Part shown: one piece after another, positions 29,995 through 39,722 of the stretch | Numbering within the stretch: the stretch's first letter is position 1 | Layout: every line of letters begins with the position of its first letter | Assembly: GCA_048270185.1 (NCBI GenBank) | Contig: JBLWTJ010000001.1 | Span: forward strand, 1,376,001-1,440,000 | DNA: 64,000 nt | Direction: 5' to 3' | From: Bacteriovoracaceae bacterium | GTDB taxonomy: Bacteria > Bdellovibrionota > Bacteriovoracia > Bacteriovoracales > Bacteriovoracaceae | Notes under the pieces: generated by a model | Seen by the model: the letters and a program-made list of their open reading frames with translations, nothing else | The model's database searches: none | Told to the model about the DNA's origin: nothing | Position numbers and translations under genes: made by a program

Positions 29995-31161
29995 TTATTT
30001 AATCTTTTCTAGTATTAATGATAACGCTTCACCGCCACCGATGCAAATAGAGGCCAAACCGTACTTAGCGTTTTGGTTTTTCATTGCAGTCATAAGAGTC
30101 ACAACAATTCTTGTTCCACTTGTTCCAATTGGGTGACCAAGTGATACACCTGAACCATAGATATTAAGTTTTGCGTGATCAATTCCTAGCTCTTCCATTG
30201 CGGCCATTGGTACAGCAGCGAAAGCTTCGTTGATTTCAAATACATCAATATCCGAAAGTTTTAGTCCAGTTTTTTCAAGGTTCTTCTTCATTGCTTCAAT
30301 TGGAGCAGTTGTAAACCAAGTTGGCTCTTGTGCATGAGAGGCCCAACCAACAATTTTAAACTCTGCTTGGTCTTTATATTCTTCACCAGCAAGGACAACT
30401 GCAGCTGCACCATCATTAATAGTTGAAGCGTTTGCAGCAGTAATCGTTCCGTCTTTCTTAAAAGCAGGTCTAAGCTCTGGAATCTTATCGAATTTCGCTT
30501 TGAAAGGTCCTTCATCTTCTGAAACAACTGTATCTCCTTTACGGCCTTTAATTGTTACAGGTGCAATTTCATCCTTAAAGATTCCTGCTTCAATAGCAGC
30601 TTGAGCTCTTTTAAAAGATTCAATTGAGTAAGCATCTTGAGCTTCTCTTGATAAGTTATATTTTTCAGTACACTCTTCTGCACAATTTCCCATTGCTTGG
30701 TCAGAGTAAACATCCCATAAACCATCCCATTGCATGGCATCTTTAACTTCAGCTGCACCAAATTTTGCAACACCTGTTCTTGAGTTCATTAGTAAGTGAG
30801 GTGCTTGAGACATATTCTCCATTCCACCTGCCACGACAACTTGATTATCACCAGTCATGATAGACTGAGCACCAGAGATGATTGTTTTCATTCCTGATCC
30901 ACAAACCTTATTAATTGTTGTACATGGAGTTGAATTTGAGAGACCTGCAAAGATAGCGGCCTGACGAGCTGGTGCTTGTCCAACACCTGCTTGAACAACA
31001 TTTCCCATAAAGACTTCATCCACTTTGTCTTTTGCAATACCTGCTTTTTCAACAGCTGCTTCAATAGCAGTTGCTCCTAAGCGAGTTGCTCCAACTTGAG
31101 CTAGGCTTGAAAGAAAGCTTCCACTTGGAGTTCTTGCTCCAGATAAAATGTATACACTCAT
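29995..31161 (-). CDS. acetyl-CoA C-acetyltransferase (thiolase)
   Basis: NKVCGSG, NEAFA, GHPIG, CIGGG motifs; AGGAG RBS supports the start at 31161. Confidence 0.95.
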   Translation of the reverse strand: MSVYILSGARTPSGSFLSSLAQVGATRLGATAIEAAVEKAGIAKDKVDEVFMGNVVQAGVGQAPARQAAIFAGLSNSTPCTTINKVCGSGMKTIISGAQSIMTGDNQVVVAGGMENMSQAPHLLMNSRTGVAKFGAAEVKDAMQWDGLWDVYSDQAMGNCAEECTEKYNLSREAQDAYSIESFKRAQAAIEAGIFKDEIAPVTIKGRKGDTVVSEDEGPFKAKFDKIPELRPAFKKDGTITAANASTINDGAAAVVLAGEEYKDQAEFKIVGWASHAQEPTWFTTAPIEAMKKNLEKTGLKLSDIDVFEINEAFAAVPMAAMEELGIDHAKLNIYGSGVSLGHPIGTSGTRIVVTLMTAMKNQNAKYGLASICIGGGEALSLILEKIK

Positions 31162-31281
31162 GGTAATCTCCTTATATATGTATAATAACACTATGTGCCG
31201 ATGTTCATTTAAATTTGAGATATATTGACACACATTTAACGAGTTGTTAATTATCATCAAGACTTTTCAACGGAGTATTGA

Positions 31282-31716
31282 ATGCTTTCAAGAACGAACA
31301 ATGTTTTCTTAATTGACCTTCCAAATGAATGGGCCGACTCGGTTCTAGAACTTTTACAAGACACCTACCGAAACGAGCTAGTTGACGCAGGTAAGGTATT
31401 TGAGGTCTACGGAAAACTCTACAAAGGTGAAGTTCTAGTCATCGCCTCTCTTGTTGACACATCTAATCAAGCAGCTGCTGCCACAACATATTTTGCTTCA
31501 ATGGATCTAGCTGATGACGCAGACCACACAAAACTTCTTGAAAGCCTTGTGGACTCAGTTGGTGCCTTCTTTGATACTTTCTTTGCAGATGAAAACTGGG
31601 ATGACTACCAGGACATGTGGAAGGAAGAAGAGTTTAAGGGCCATAAGATCTTTTGTAAGGTCTCACGTGAGAACGTAGGGCTTACGATTCAAGCCGACCG
31701 TCTTCTCAACCAGTAA
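31282..31716 (+). CDS. hypothetical acidic protein
   Basis: 144-aa ORF with GGAG RBS. Confidence 0.7.
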   Translation: MLSRTNNVFLIDLPNEWADSVLELLQDTYRNELVDAGKVFEVYGKLYKGEVLVIASLVDTSNQAAAATTYFASMDLADDADHTKLLESLVDSVGAFFDTFFADENWDDYQDMWKEEEFKGHKIFCKVSRENVGLTIQADRLLNQ

Positions 31717-31816
31717 AGAAAACGCATTGCAACAGCTTAACCCTCATTAACTTGCCAGAGTTCGCTATCTTTAATAGCATTTTCTGATAGGACATTTTAA
31801 ACAAAGAGGGATTTTT

Positions 31817-32164
31817 ATGAAAAAGCTACTTTGCTTAGCACTACTACTCTTTCTAACTCAAAAGATTTGGGCACAAGAACCACAAAGACATAATGTTGTT
31901 GAAGGTCAAATTAATTGGGGAAGATTTGTAAATTGTGAAATCTACAATGATACTCACAGAAGAATGCAAGTTGTGGACTACCAATATATTATCACTTTCA
32001 CTAATGGCTTTACTCGTACATTCGATTACAAATGCCAATTTGGTTGTGAAGTGCCAACTTACTCTTTCCAGAGATTTTCAGGTCCAACAAACCAACCAAA
32101 TATTATGCATGCAAGCTGTCGAGCTCATGTCATCAAAGAAAGAAGAAGACATCCGAGAGATTAA
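31817..32164 (+). CDS. small secreted hypothetical protein (four Cys)
   Basis: signal peptide MKKLLCLALLLFLTQKIWA; GAGGG RBS. Confidence 0.7.
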   Translation: MKKLLCLALLLFLTQKIWAQEPQRHNVVEGQINWGRFVNCEIYNDTHRRMQVVDYQYIITFTNGFTRTFDYKCQFGCEVPTYSFQRFSGPTNQPNIMHASCRAHVIKERRRHPRD

Positions 32165-32179
32165 TCAATTCAAAAATAG

Positions 32180-32207
32180 AAAAGGCCCGCATCAAGCGGG
32201 CCTTTTT
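32180..32207. terminator. bidirectional rho-independent terminator
   Basis: AAAA-GGCCCGC-ATCAA-GCGGGCC-TTTTT. Confidence 0.88.
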
Positions 32208-32233
32208 AGTATAGGAGTATTAGTTTTTTAAAA

Positions 32234-33514
32234 TTAAGACTTAATTCTGAATACTTCTTGCATCATCTTATCTGCTGTCGAGATCGTCTTAGCGTTTGCT
32301 TGGAAGTTTCTTTGAGAAGTCATAAGGTTTACGAATTCATTTGCAATATCAACGTTAGATAGCTCAATCGATTTAGAAAGAACTTGTCCACGTCCTGCTT
32401 CACCTGGTTTCCCCATTGCTGGTTGACCAGAGTTCTTAGATTCTTTGAAAAGGTTTTTCCCCATCTTAAAAAGACCTTCGTTATTATCAAATTTAGCGAT
32501 TGCGATTTGTGCGATATCTCTTGTTTCACCATTATCGTAAACTGCCGTAAGGATACCATCATCATTGAATGATAGTGATCCAAGAGTTGCTGCTGATGAA
32601 CCATCTTGCGTATGTCTTGCAACAGCTGAACCAGAACCGTATTGAGTTGAAGCGTCTGTACCATCTCCACCTTCAGTGATTGACTCTCCCCAAGAGAATT
32701 CAATTTTCTGACCTTGACGAGCACCTTTATTGAAGTTGAAAGAGTTAGAGCTTTCTACTTCTTGTTGTAGCTGTCCTTTGTCATTGAAGATAAGTTGACC
32801 TTGTGCCATTTCAACCATCTTACCAGCTTCACCACCTTGAGCATCAGTCCCATCGGCCATCGCACGGTAAGTCCAGTTATTATCTGCTGTTTTGTTATAG
32901 TAAATTGTAATTAGTCTTGCTGTACCAACGTTATCGTATACAGTCATTGAAGATGAAAAGTTAGAAGTTTCATCTGGGTTTAGTGGATTAAATTCTTTTA
33001 CAGAAGCTCTTGAGTCTAGGTTCATTGAAAGCTTAACTTTCTCAGTCGCTTTCGCTGGGATCGTCGTGTTACCAAGCTTGATCTCACCTTCTTTATTCGT
33101 TAGCTCACCATTCTCGTTAGACTTGAAACCAAGTACTTTATAACCATCACCGTTAACAAGCTCACCTTCTTTATTAAAGTGCATTGAACCATCTCTTGTG
33201 AAACCGTGTCCAAATGGAGCCTGTACTTTAAAGAAACCATCACCTTGGATTGCAAGGTCTGTAATTGATTCAGTTCTAGCAACATCACCTTGAGTCATGA
33301 TTGGCTTAATGTGAGCTAGCTTTGTACCAGCACCAAATTGATCACCACCCTCAATACCTTTTAGAGAAACGGCAAGTACATCTTGGAATTCTGCTCTTGA
33401 TGACTTGAAACCGTGTGTCCCAGAATTTGAAATGTTATCTGAAACTACGTTCATTCCCGCACCAGAAGCCGCTAAACCAGATACACCAATGTTAAAAGAT
33501 CGTAAAATACTCAT
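32234..33514 (-). CDS. flgE: flagellar hook protein
   Basis: SGL...NISNSGTHGFK, DLAIQGDGFF, ELSNVDIANEFVNLMTSQRNFQAN. Confidence 0.95.
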   Translation of the reverse strand: MSILRSFNIGVSGLAASGAGMNVVSDNISNSGTHGFKSSRAEFQDVLAVSLKGIEGGDQFGAGTKLAHIKPIMTQGDVARTESITDLAIQGDGFFKVQAPFGHGFTRDGSMHFNKEGELVNGDGYKVLGFKSNENGELTNKEGEIKLGNTTIPAKATEKVKLSMNLDSRASVKEFNPLNPDETSNFSSSMTVYDNVGTARLITIYYNKTADNNWTYRAMADGTDAQGGEAGKMVEMAQGQLIFNDKGQLQQEVESSNSFNFNKGARQGQKIEFSWGESITEGGDGTDASTQYGSGSAVARHTQDGSSAATLGSLSFNDDGILTAVYDNGETRDIAQIAIAKFDNNEGLFKMGKNLFKESKNSGQPAMGKPGEAGRGQVLSKSIELSNVDIANEFVNLMTSQRNFQANAKTISTADKMMQEVFRIKS

Positions 33515-33645
33515 TCGTCCCTCCTAGACTAAAACCTAAATCTAATTCTTTAGATCTAAAGACGACTAAATGGAGTAAGGATTTTAAGGTGTGTTTACAA
33601 CGACAGGCAAACACGAAGCTTCCGTTAGGACCAGCTAATTAAATC

Positions 33646-34113
33646 TTAAACCAATACAGTCGAATCAATTTTTGTAAAAACGTTACTCTCTATACTTCCC
33701 TTATCAATTGCCGTAACGACCTTCTTTCCAGGTACGTCGACAATGTAAGCTGCTTTATCAGTTATTACTAATGAATCCTTTCCACCCTTGCTTTGAAGTT
33801 TTTGGAAAGCATCCTTTAACTTAAAAAATTCATTTGAATCTATATCAATATTTCTCTCTTGCAGTCTCTTAGCTGCATGAGTTGATAATGAAATTCCATG
33901 TTCTCTTTGTGTTTGAGACAGCTGATCAATCTGCTGTGCTCTATTGATTTTCTCATTTGAGATCTGCTCATTTAATAGATTTTTAAATTCTGATTGAGCA
34001 GCTTCATTTCCACCGTTAACACCACCAAGACGATTTCTTAAATCTACCTTCTTGCTACCAGGAACCTGGTTAACATTTGGTATTAATAAATTTGAAATAT
34101 CTTTAGTTCCCAT
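33646..34113 (-). CDS. flagellar operon protein (TIGR02530-like)
   Basis: SxHAxxRLxER...KGGKDSLV...VVTA...NVFTKIDS; lies between flgD and flgE. Confidence 0.85.
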   Translation of the reverse strand: MGTKDISNLLIPNVNQVPGSKKVDLRNRLGGVNGGNEAAQSEFKNLLNEQISNEKINRAQQIDQLSQTQREHGISLSTHAAKRLQERNIDIDSNEFFKLKDAFQKLQSKGGKDSLVITDKAAYIVDVPGKKVVTAIDKGSIESNVFTKIDSTVLV

Positions 34114-34119
34114 TTATTC

Positions 34120-34986
34120 CTATTGGTTAGTGGAATTGTTAATATTATTATAGTTTTGAGAAGCACGTTTTTGCAATGCGGCAATATTTTTCTTAGATGC
34201 TGCAGACGTGCTATCAGAAGGCAGTTTGAAACTATCTACATCACGTAAGAAAACTTTTTTTCCATTTTCTAAAGTAAAAACAGTCTCACCATTTTCAAAA
34301 TCAACTCCACGGACAACTCCAGTTGATTTTGTTTCACCTTTAAATTTATTCATACCATTATCGTATGCCCAAACTTCAAGTGTGTAATCGCCTTTTGCAG
34401 CTCTCGTATTATCAAGTTGACGTCCATCCCAAGCCAGAGTGTGCTGTCCTCTACCAAGATTTTCTGCTTCAACTCTTCCGATTAGCTGACGGTTCTTATC
34501 ATAAATATTTACCATGACATTCTTAGCTTCTTTATCTAAGAAAAATGGAATATCTTTTTTGAATCCCTTGCCATCATAACTTACTGATGCACCTTTTGTT
34601 AAAACTTCTTTTCCTAAGAAGCTTGCACCAAAGAACTTAAGTTCCTGAGGATCGTTCTTCCCCATTTTATCAAGCTTTGAATTCATATTTGTCATCTGCT
34701 CTAACTGAGAGAATTGTGCAAGGTCTGCTGAAAGTTGTTTTTGATCCATTGGTTTCATTGGATCTTGATGTGTTAATTGGTGAGATAGAAGTTTTAAAAA
34801 ACCATCTTGTCCCATTTTATTATGTTCTTTTTCATCAACGAATTTTTGATCTTGAATGTCATTACCAGCAAGACGATTTAGTCTTTCACCAACTGAAACG
34901 TTTGAATTATTTCCCTTCGTTTGACGAGGGGCCATTCTAACATTTGCAAAAGAATTTCTTTGTTGTGGTTTTCCAATTTCTGGCAT
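34120..34986 (-). CDS. flgD: flagellar hook capping protein
   Basis: FLKLLSHQLTHQDPMKP, LAQFSQLEQ, WDGR. Confidence 0.93.
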   Translation of the reverse strand: MPEIGKPQQRNSFANVRMAPRQTKGNNSNVSVGERLNRLAGNDIQDQKFVDEKEHNKMGQDGFLKLLSHQLTHQDPMKPMDQKQLSADLAQFSQLEQMTNMNSKLDKMGKNDPQELKFFGASFLGKEVLTKGASVSYDGKGFKKDIPFFLDKEAKNVMVNIYDKNRQLIGRVEAENLGRGQHTLAWDGRQLDNTRAAKGDYTLEVWAYDNGMNKFKGETKSTGVVRGVDFENGETVFTLENGKKVFLRDVDSFKLPSDSTSAASKKNIAALQKRASQNYNNINNSTNQ

Positions 34987-36446
34987 TATGCACCTAAGCG
35001 TTCGCTATATTCTTGCCATCTTCTTTGACGGCCCTCTCTTGCTTGTCTGTAATTAGCACTTTCAAGAGAGTCTTCACCATTTAATTGTCTCGTAAAATCG
35101 AACTCATTTCCACCCTTTTCTAAAGTGGAGATTTTGTCCGCTTGGCGCTCAGAATTGCGCTTATCATTCTTGAAATTCTCAGACTGAGAGGCAAAGTCAC
35201 TCATCTGACCATTTGAAGCTGTTTGAATTTTGAAATCTGCAACACGAACACCTTTCATATCAAGGTTCTTTAAAAGCTTAACTTCATTCTCTTTAAAGAA
35301 TTCTTTTGCTTCAGTCGTTGATGTTTCAATATTTAGGGCAATCATCCCGTTCATATCTTTATTAGCAACAACATTAAATTGTCCTAGATCATTGTGCTTA
35401 ACAGTCACCTGTAGTGTCTGGCTATTTTCAATTCGATTCATTTCAATATAATTTGTCACTTCATTGATTAATTGATCAGGATTTGAAACACTTGATAGAT
35501 CAATAACTTGAGAAGATTTCGCTAGATTTATTTCAGGTCTAAAATTACTTGTTTGATTATTTGCACCTAGTGCACCAATTAGATTATTTTGTACTGAAGT
35601 TACAGGTCTTGCTGTTTGTGCTTCTAATTCAAGTGGCCTAACACTTTCTGTGGCTGCCATCTCAGGCTTCACTCTAATAATAGATTGTGATTTATTTGAT
35701 GACTCATTTGAAAACTTATTTAGATGCTGACCACTAACTTGCTTTGGAAGGTTTTGTGCCTGACCTGCAATTTGGCGATTCATTAAAAAGTCATTTGAGC
35801 TTGCAATTGTATTTAAAGGCTTCTTGGCCATTGGCTTAGAAGTATTTGTCTTTAATAATTGTGGTGTAATTTTAGTGTTAACTTGAACTTCATTGAGAAT
35901 TGCTTGTGTATTCTTTCCAAGACCTTCACCTGTTTCAATTCCCTTGGCAGCAAGTTGTGGCATTTTAGGAAGAGACTTCTTCTCCCCTAGACGACTTGCA
36001 AGAGTTGTCTTGGCCTTTTGAAGATCAACAATATTCTTCGTTCCAAGAATATTATCAAGATCACTATGCTTAACACCTGTATTGGCCTGTGAATTCAGAG
36101 TAGAAAAAAGTGTATTTTGTGTGTTTGACTCTAGCTTAGACTTTCTAACATTCTTGAAACCATCAAGAGTTGGTGCTTGCGCTAGTGTTTCTTTAACTTC
36201 TACATTTTGTGCTTGTTTTTGACTTGGAAAGAAAGGCTTCTTTGCTTGTGCTTCATTCGAAGCGAGAAGCGTTTTTTTGCCCTTATGAGACTCACCCTGT
36301 TGAAGAAGTTTACTAAACTCTTCTTTTTGTCCCTTTGATAACTTTTGATTGGACTTACTTGAAAGGAGATTACTAATCGACGAAGCATCCCCTTGCTTCT
36401 TAGCACCCTTTAAGTTTTGTTGTTGTCCAATTAAGTTTTTAAGCAT
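34986..36446 (-). CDS. fliK: flagellar hook-length control protein
   Basis: long low-complexity N-terminus plus C-terminal FliK-like domain (DLGQFNV...L...L...G); position upstream of flgD. Confidence 0.75.
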   Translation of the reverse strand: MLKNLIGQQQNLKGAKKQGDASSISNLLSSKSNQKLSKGQKEEFSKLLQQGESHKGKKTLLASNEAQAKKPFFPSQKQAQNVEVKETLAQAPTLDGFKNVRKSKLESNTQNTLFSTLNSQANTGVKHSDLDNILGTKNIVDLQKAKTTLASRLGEKKSLPKMPQLAAKGIETGEGLGKNTQAILNEVQVNTKITPQLLKTNTSKPMAKKPLNTIASSNDFLMNRQIAGQAQNLPKQVSGQHLNKFSNESSNKSQSIIRVKPEMAATESVRPLELEAQTARPVTSVQNNLIGALGANNQTSNFRPEINLAKSSQVIDLSSVSNPDQLINEVTNYIEMNRIENSQTLQVTVKHNDLGQFNVVANKDMNGMIALNIETSTTEAKEFFKENEVKLLKNLDMKGVRVADFKIQTASNGQMSDFASQSENFKNDKRNSERQADKISTLEKGGNEFDFTRQLNGEDSLESANYRQAREGRQRRWQEYSERLGA

Positions 36447-36530
36447 TGAATTTATATCCTCAGTTCAATTAACGCTTTGCAATATTTTTACATAAATTTA
36501 CAAAAAGTTAAACAATGGCAAAGTTTACCC

Positions 36531-37052
36531 CTACTTCTTCATTGTCATATATTGCTTTTGCAGGCGGGCCGAAACTTCCTTATCCATCATATTAAAAATC
36601 TTCGATACTTTAACTGGAGGAAGCTCCCCTAGGATCTTAATCGAGATTGAAGGATCTTGTTGTGACAAGAGATTAGCGGCCGTTTGTGGACGCATATTTG
36701 AAACCACATCAACCATGTGAATAACACGCTTTTGTTCATCACCATCTTTCTTATCAAGACATGATAAGAAATTTGTTTGATAGGCCTTAAATTCATTAAT
36801 ACGACTTGTAAGCTCTGTTTGATTAACTTTGATCTGTTCTTGTTGATCTTTTAAAGCTTGTTCACGTTTTGCAAGTTCACTTTCTTTCTTTAAAAGCTCT
36901 GTTGAGAAATCAACTAATTTCCCACGGCCTGCTTTCTTCATGGCCTTCTCTAATGCCGCATCAAATTCTTTCTGCGTATAGATTTTCTTTTCTTGTGTTT
37001 CTTCTGCGTAAACAGACGTGAATAATAATGCCATCACAAGTAGTGCTTTCAT
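36531..37052 (-). CDS. MotE/YlxF-like flagellar protein
   Basis: signal peptide, coiled coil, then MRPQTAANLL...KIFNMM MgtE_N-like segment; follows fliJ. Confidence 0.75.
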   Translation of the reverse strand: MKALLVMALLFTSVYAEETQEKKIYTQKEFDAALEKAMKKAGRGKLVDFSTELLKKESELAKREQALKDQQEQIKVNQTELTSRINEFKAYQTNFLSCLDKKDGDEQKRVIHMVDVVSNMRPQTAANLLSQQDPSISIKILGELPPVKVSKIFNMMDKEVSARLQKQYMTMKK

Positions 37053-37067
37053 GCTTTATAAGTCCTT

Positions 37068-37517
37068 TTATAATTCTTTGAGAGCGTGCCTCTTTGCCAT
37101 CATAAGTTCATCAATGGCCTCTTGGCGCTTCTTTTCTATTTGTTTATTTTGCTTAGTTTCAAAATCAGTTTTTAAATTATCGATAACTTTCACTTCACCC
37201 TTAGCAACTGAAAGTTCTTTTACTTTTTCTTTATACTGTCTCGTCACAGCAAAGAGTTGGTTTTCTAAGACCTTGATCTCATCTCTCTTTGATTGAATAA
37301 ACATTGGAAAGAATTGTGCGTTTTGGCCCGATGTATAGGTCTTAAAGAAAGCTTCCTGGGCCACATAAGTCTCTTCGATATCTTGATTACATTTTGCAAT
37401 TGCATCGTTTAGGCGAGAAATTTCGGTATTAATTTGCCCAAGTTCGAGCTTAATTTTCTGCTCCTTGAACTCACGAAGTTTTAGTAATCCTTGTAGTTTG
37501 AATTTCTCTCTACGCAA
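37068..37517 (-). CDS. fliJ: flagellar export protein FliJ
   Basis: FKLQGLLKLRE N-terminus, coiled coil, QEAIDE near C-terminus; follows fliI. Confidence 0.85.
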   Translation of the reverse strand: MRREKFKLQGLLKLREFKEQKIKLELGQINTEISRLNDAIAKCNQDIEETYVAQEAFFKTYTSGQNAQFFPMFIQSKRDEIKVLENQLFAVTRQYKEKVKELSVAKGEVKVIDNLKTDFETKQNKQIEKKRQEAIDELMMAKRHALKEL

Positions 37518-37520
37518 CTA

Positions 37521-38894
37521 TTACTCCTGTGCTGAATTGCTATAGGCATCCTCAGCATACTTAGCTAATCCTACCATAGAATCATAAAGATCTTCTATTG
37601 ACTGGTAATGATCTTCCCCTTGCATTTGCTTTAAGAGGTCATTGAGCTGTTCAATAATGATCATGGCCTTATCAACCTTTGGATTTGAGCCACGAGAATA
37701 GGCCCCAACATTGATTAAGTCCTCGTTATCACGATAGGCCGACATGAGATCACGCATGTGACCGGCAACAACTCGGTGCTCACTTGTGACGACTTTATTC
37801 ATTACCCTTGAAAGAGATTGTAGGACATCAATGGCCGGAAATTGGTTCTTTGAAGCTAGTTCACGAGACAAAATAATGTGGCCATCACTAATCCCCCTAA
37901 CGGCATCAGCAATCGGCTCATCCATATCTCCCCCTTCAACAAGAACAGTATAGATTCCAGTAATTGAACCGGCTCCTGCCTTCGTTCCCGCACGCTCCAT
38001 AAGCTTTGGAAGTTGTGCAAAGACAGTTGGCGTATAACCTTTTTGACCAGGAGGATCTCCTGCACTTAGAGAGATTTCACGAGAGGCCATAGCAAAACGT
38101 GTAATCGAGTCCATCATCAGTAGGACGTCTTTATTTTGATCACGAAAGTATTCAGCAAAAGTCGTGGCCACATAGGCGGCCTTCATTCGAATCAGAGCTG
38201 AAGTATCAGAAGTTGCCACAACAACAATTGATTTCTTTAAACCCTCTTCTCCAAGATCGTGCTCGATGAATTCACGAACCTCACGCCCACGTTCTCCAAT
38301 TAGAGCAATAACATTAACATCGGCCGAAGATTTTTGAGCAACCATCCCAAGTGTAACGGACTTACCAACACCAGAACCGGCCATAATCGCCAGACGCTGG
38401 CCCTTTCCTGCCGTCATAAAGGCATTGATAGCATTAACTCCAGTATCTAAGACTTCTGATATCGGAGGTCTCTCTAATGGGTTAATCGGCGTCCCAAAGA
38501 TTGAACGCACTTCATTTGATTTTTTAATTGGACCTTTACCGTCGATTGGATTTCCTTGGAAATCAATAACACGCCCAAGATATTGCTCGCCGACATTAAC
38601 CTTTGTCACAAGCTCTTTTAAAAAAACTTTAGTTTCTGAGTTAATACCCGCAAGTTCTGAATAAGGCATAGTAAGACACTTTGGGCCGTCAATGGCCACT
38701 ACCTCACCTAGACACTTATCACCAAACTCAGTAACAAACTCGACGTTTGAGCCGATAACGGCACGAGAGAGATTGACTTCAAAGAGCATTCCTTTGGAAG
38801 CACAAACCTTCCCTACCTTCTGGTAAGGAGTGGCGTATTCATAGGCTTTATGAATTGCTTCAAGATCAAGTGTTTGGTAATTATTCTGACTCAT
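37521..38894 (-). CDS. fliI: flagellar export ATPase
   Basis: AGSGVGKS, IGERGRE, MDSITR, FPAIDVLQSLSR. Confidence 0.95.
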   Translation of the reverse strand: MSQNNYQTLDLEAIHKAYEYATPYQKVGKVCASKGMLFEVNLSRAVIGSNVEFVTEFGDKCLGEVVAIDGPKCLTMPYSELAGINSETKVFLKELVTKVNVGEQYLGRVIDFQGNPIDGKGPIKKSNEVRSIFGTPINPLERPPISEVLDTGVNAINAFMTAGKGQRLAIMAGSGVGKSVTLGMVAQKSSADVNVIALIGERGREVREFIEHDLGEEGLKKSIVVVATSDTSALIRMKAAYVATTFAEYFRDQNKDVLLMMDSITRFAMASREISLSAGDPPGQKGYTPTVFAQLPKLMERAGTKAGAGSITGIYTVLVEGGDMDEPIADAVRGISDGHIILSRELASKNQFPAIDVLQSLSRVMNKVVTSEHRVVAGHMRDLMSAYRDNEDLINVGAYSRGSNPKVDKAMIIIEQLNDLLKQMQGEDHYQSIEDLYDSMVGLAKYAEDAYSNSAQE

Positions 38895-39696
38895 TTGAAT
38901 CTTCCTCTGCCTGACTTGCAAGGCCTACGGACTCAAATAATTTATCAAGGCTTTCTAATTGCGTATGTAAGCTACCATTAACAATACCGTTTTGTGATTC
39001 AACGATAATTCCTGGTGCTTCAATATCAAAATCAATTTCAACTCGAACATTTGGAAGTTCACCAAGCTTTGCTTGAACGACCTCTAATACTTCAGGCATT
39101 TGCTCGAAATGTTTTTCGTTAACACGAATAAGAAGATTCTCTTTTGACTGAGCTTCAACAATAAGCTTCTCAAGGAGTCTTATAATATATTCGCCATCAT
39201 CTTTTAATTCTTTTAGAACAACCCACTTCGCAATGGTGCGAAGAAGTTGATATGTTTGCATCTTTTGATTTGAAAGTAATCCAATGCGAGAGTCAAGAAC
39301 CTCTGAAACCATATCATTTAAAAGAAGAACTTTCTCTTCTGAATTAACAGCAAGTTCAGTCTTAATTTCTTCACGACCTTGACTGCGACCTAACTCAAGT
39401 CCTTCACGGTAGGCTTCTTCTTTAATGGCTTCTAGTCTTCTTTCAACTTCTTCGGCCACGGCATTTTCAAAGTCACCATCTTCTTGCGCTCGCATTCCGC
39501 GGGCCTCGTGAACGATAGGATTTAGATCAAAGCCACTCTCTTTCACATGCTGTCTTTCAACGCGAATAATCTCTTGTCTTTGTTCGATTTCGCGAATCGA
39601 CATTCCTTCAAAATCTTGAAACTCAAAGTCTTCAACCTGAGAGTTGAGAGGCTTTTGAGAGAAGGATTGGAATGAGTAGTCTTTTACATCAGTCAT
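38881..39696 (-). CDS. fliH: flagellar assembly protein
   Basis: AYREGLELGRSQG glycine repeat; position between fliG and fliI. Confidence 0.85.
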   Translation of the reverse strand: MTDVKDYSFQSFSQKPLNSQVEDFEFQDFEGMSIREIEQRQEIIRVERQHVKESGFDLNPIVHEARGMRAQEDGDFENAVAEEVERRLEAIKEEAYREGLELGRSQGREEIKTELAVNSEEKVLLLNDMVSEVLDSRIGLLSNQKMQTYQLLRTIAKWVVLKELKDDGEYIIRLLEKLIVEAQSKENLLIRVNEKHFEQMPEVLEVVQAKLGELPNVRVEIDFDIEAPGIIVESQNGIVNGSLHTQLESLDKLFESVGLASQAEEDSNESE

Positions 39697-39722
39697 TAAA
39701 TTATGCCGCCATTAATTCATTA

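Noticed and set aside
31162..31260. 33-aa N-terminal extension of the thiolase in the ORF track
   Set aside because: The RBS and the family N-terminus fit the ATG at 31161
33590..33640. c-di-GMP-I riboswitch near flgE (GGCAAAC seen)
   Set aside because: The motif is on the strand opposite flgE, and the GAAA tetraloop/receptor and downstream GCAAA elements are missing
36517..36533. sigma54 promoter before fliK (GG-N10-GC on the minus strand)
   Set aside because: Only the dinucleotides match; poor fit to TGGCAC at -24
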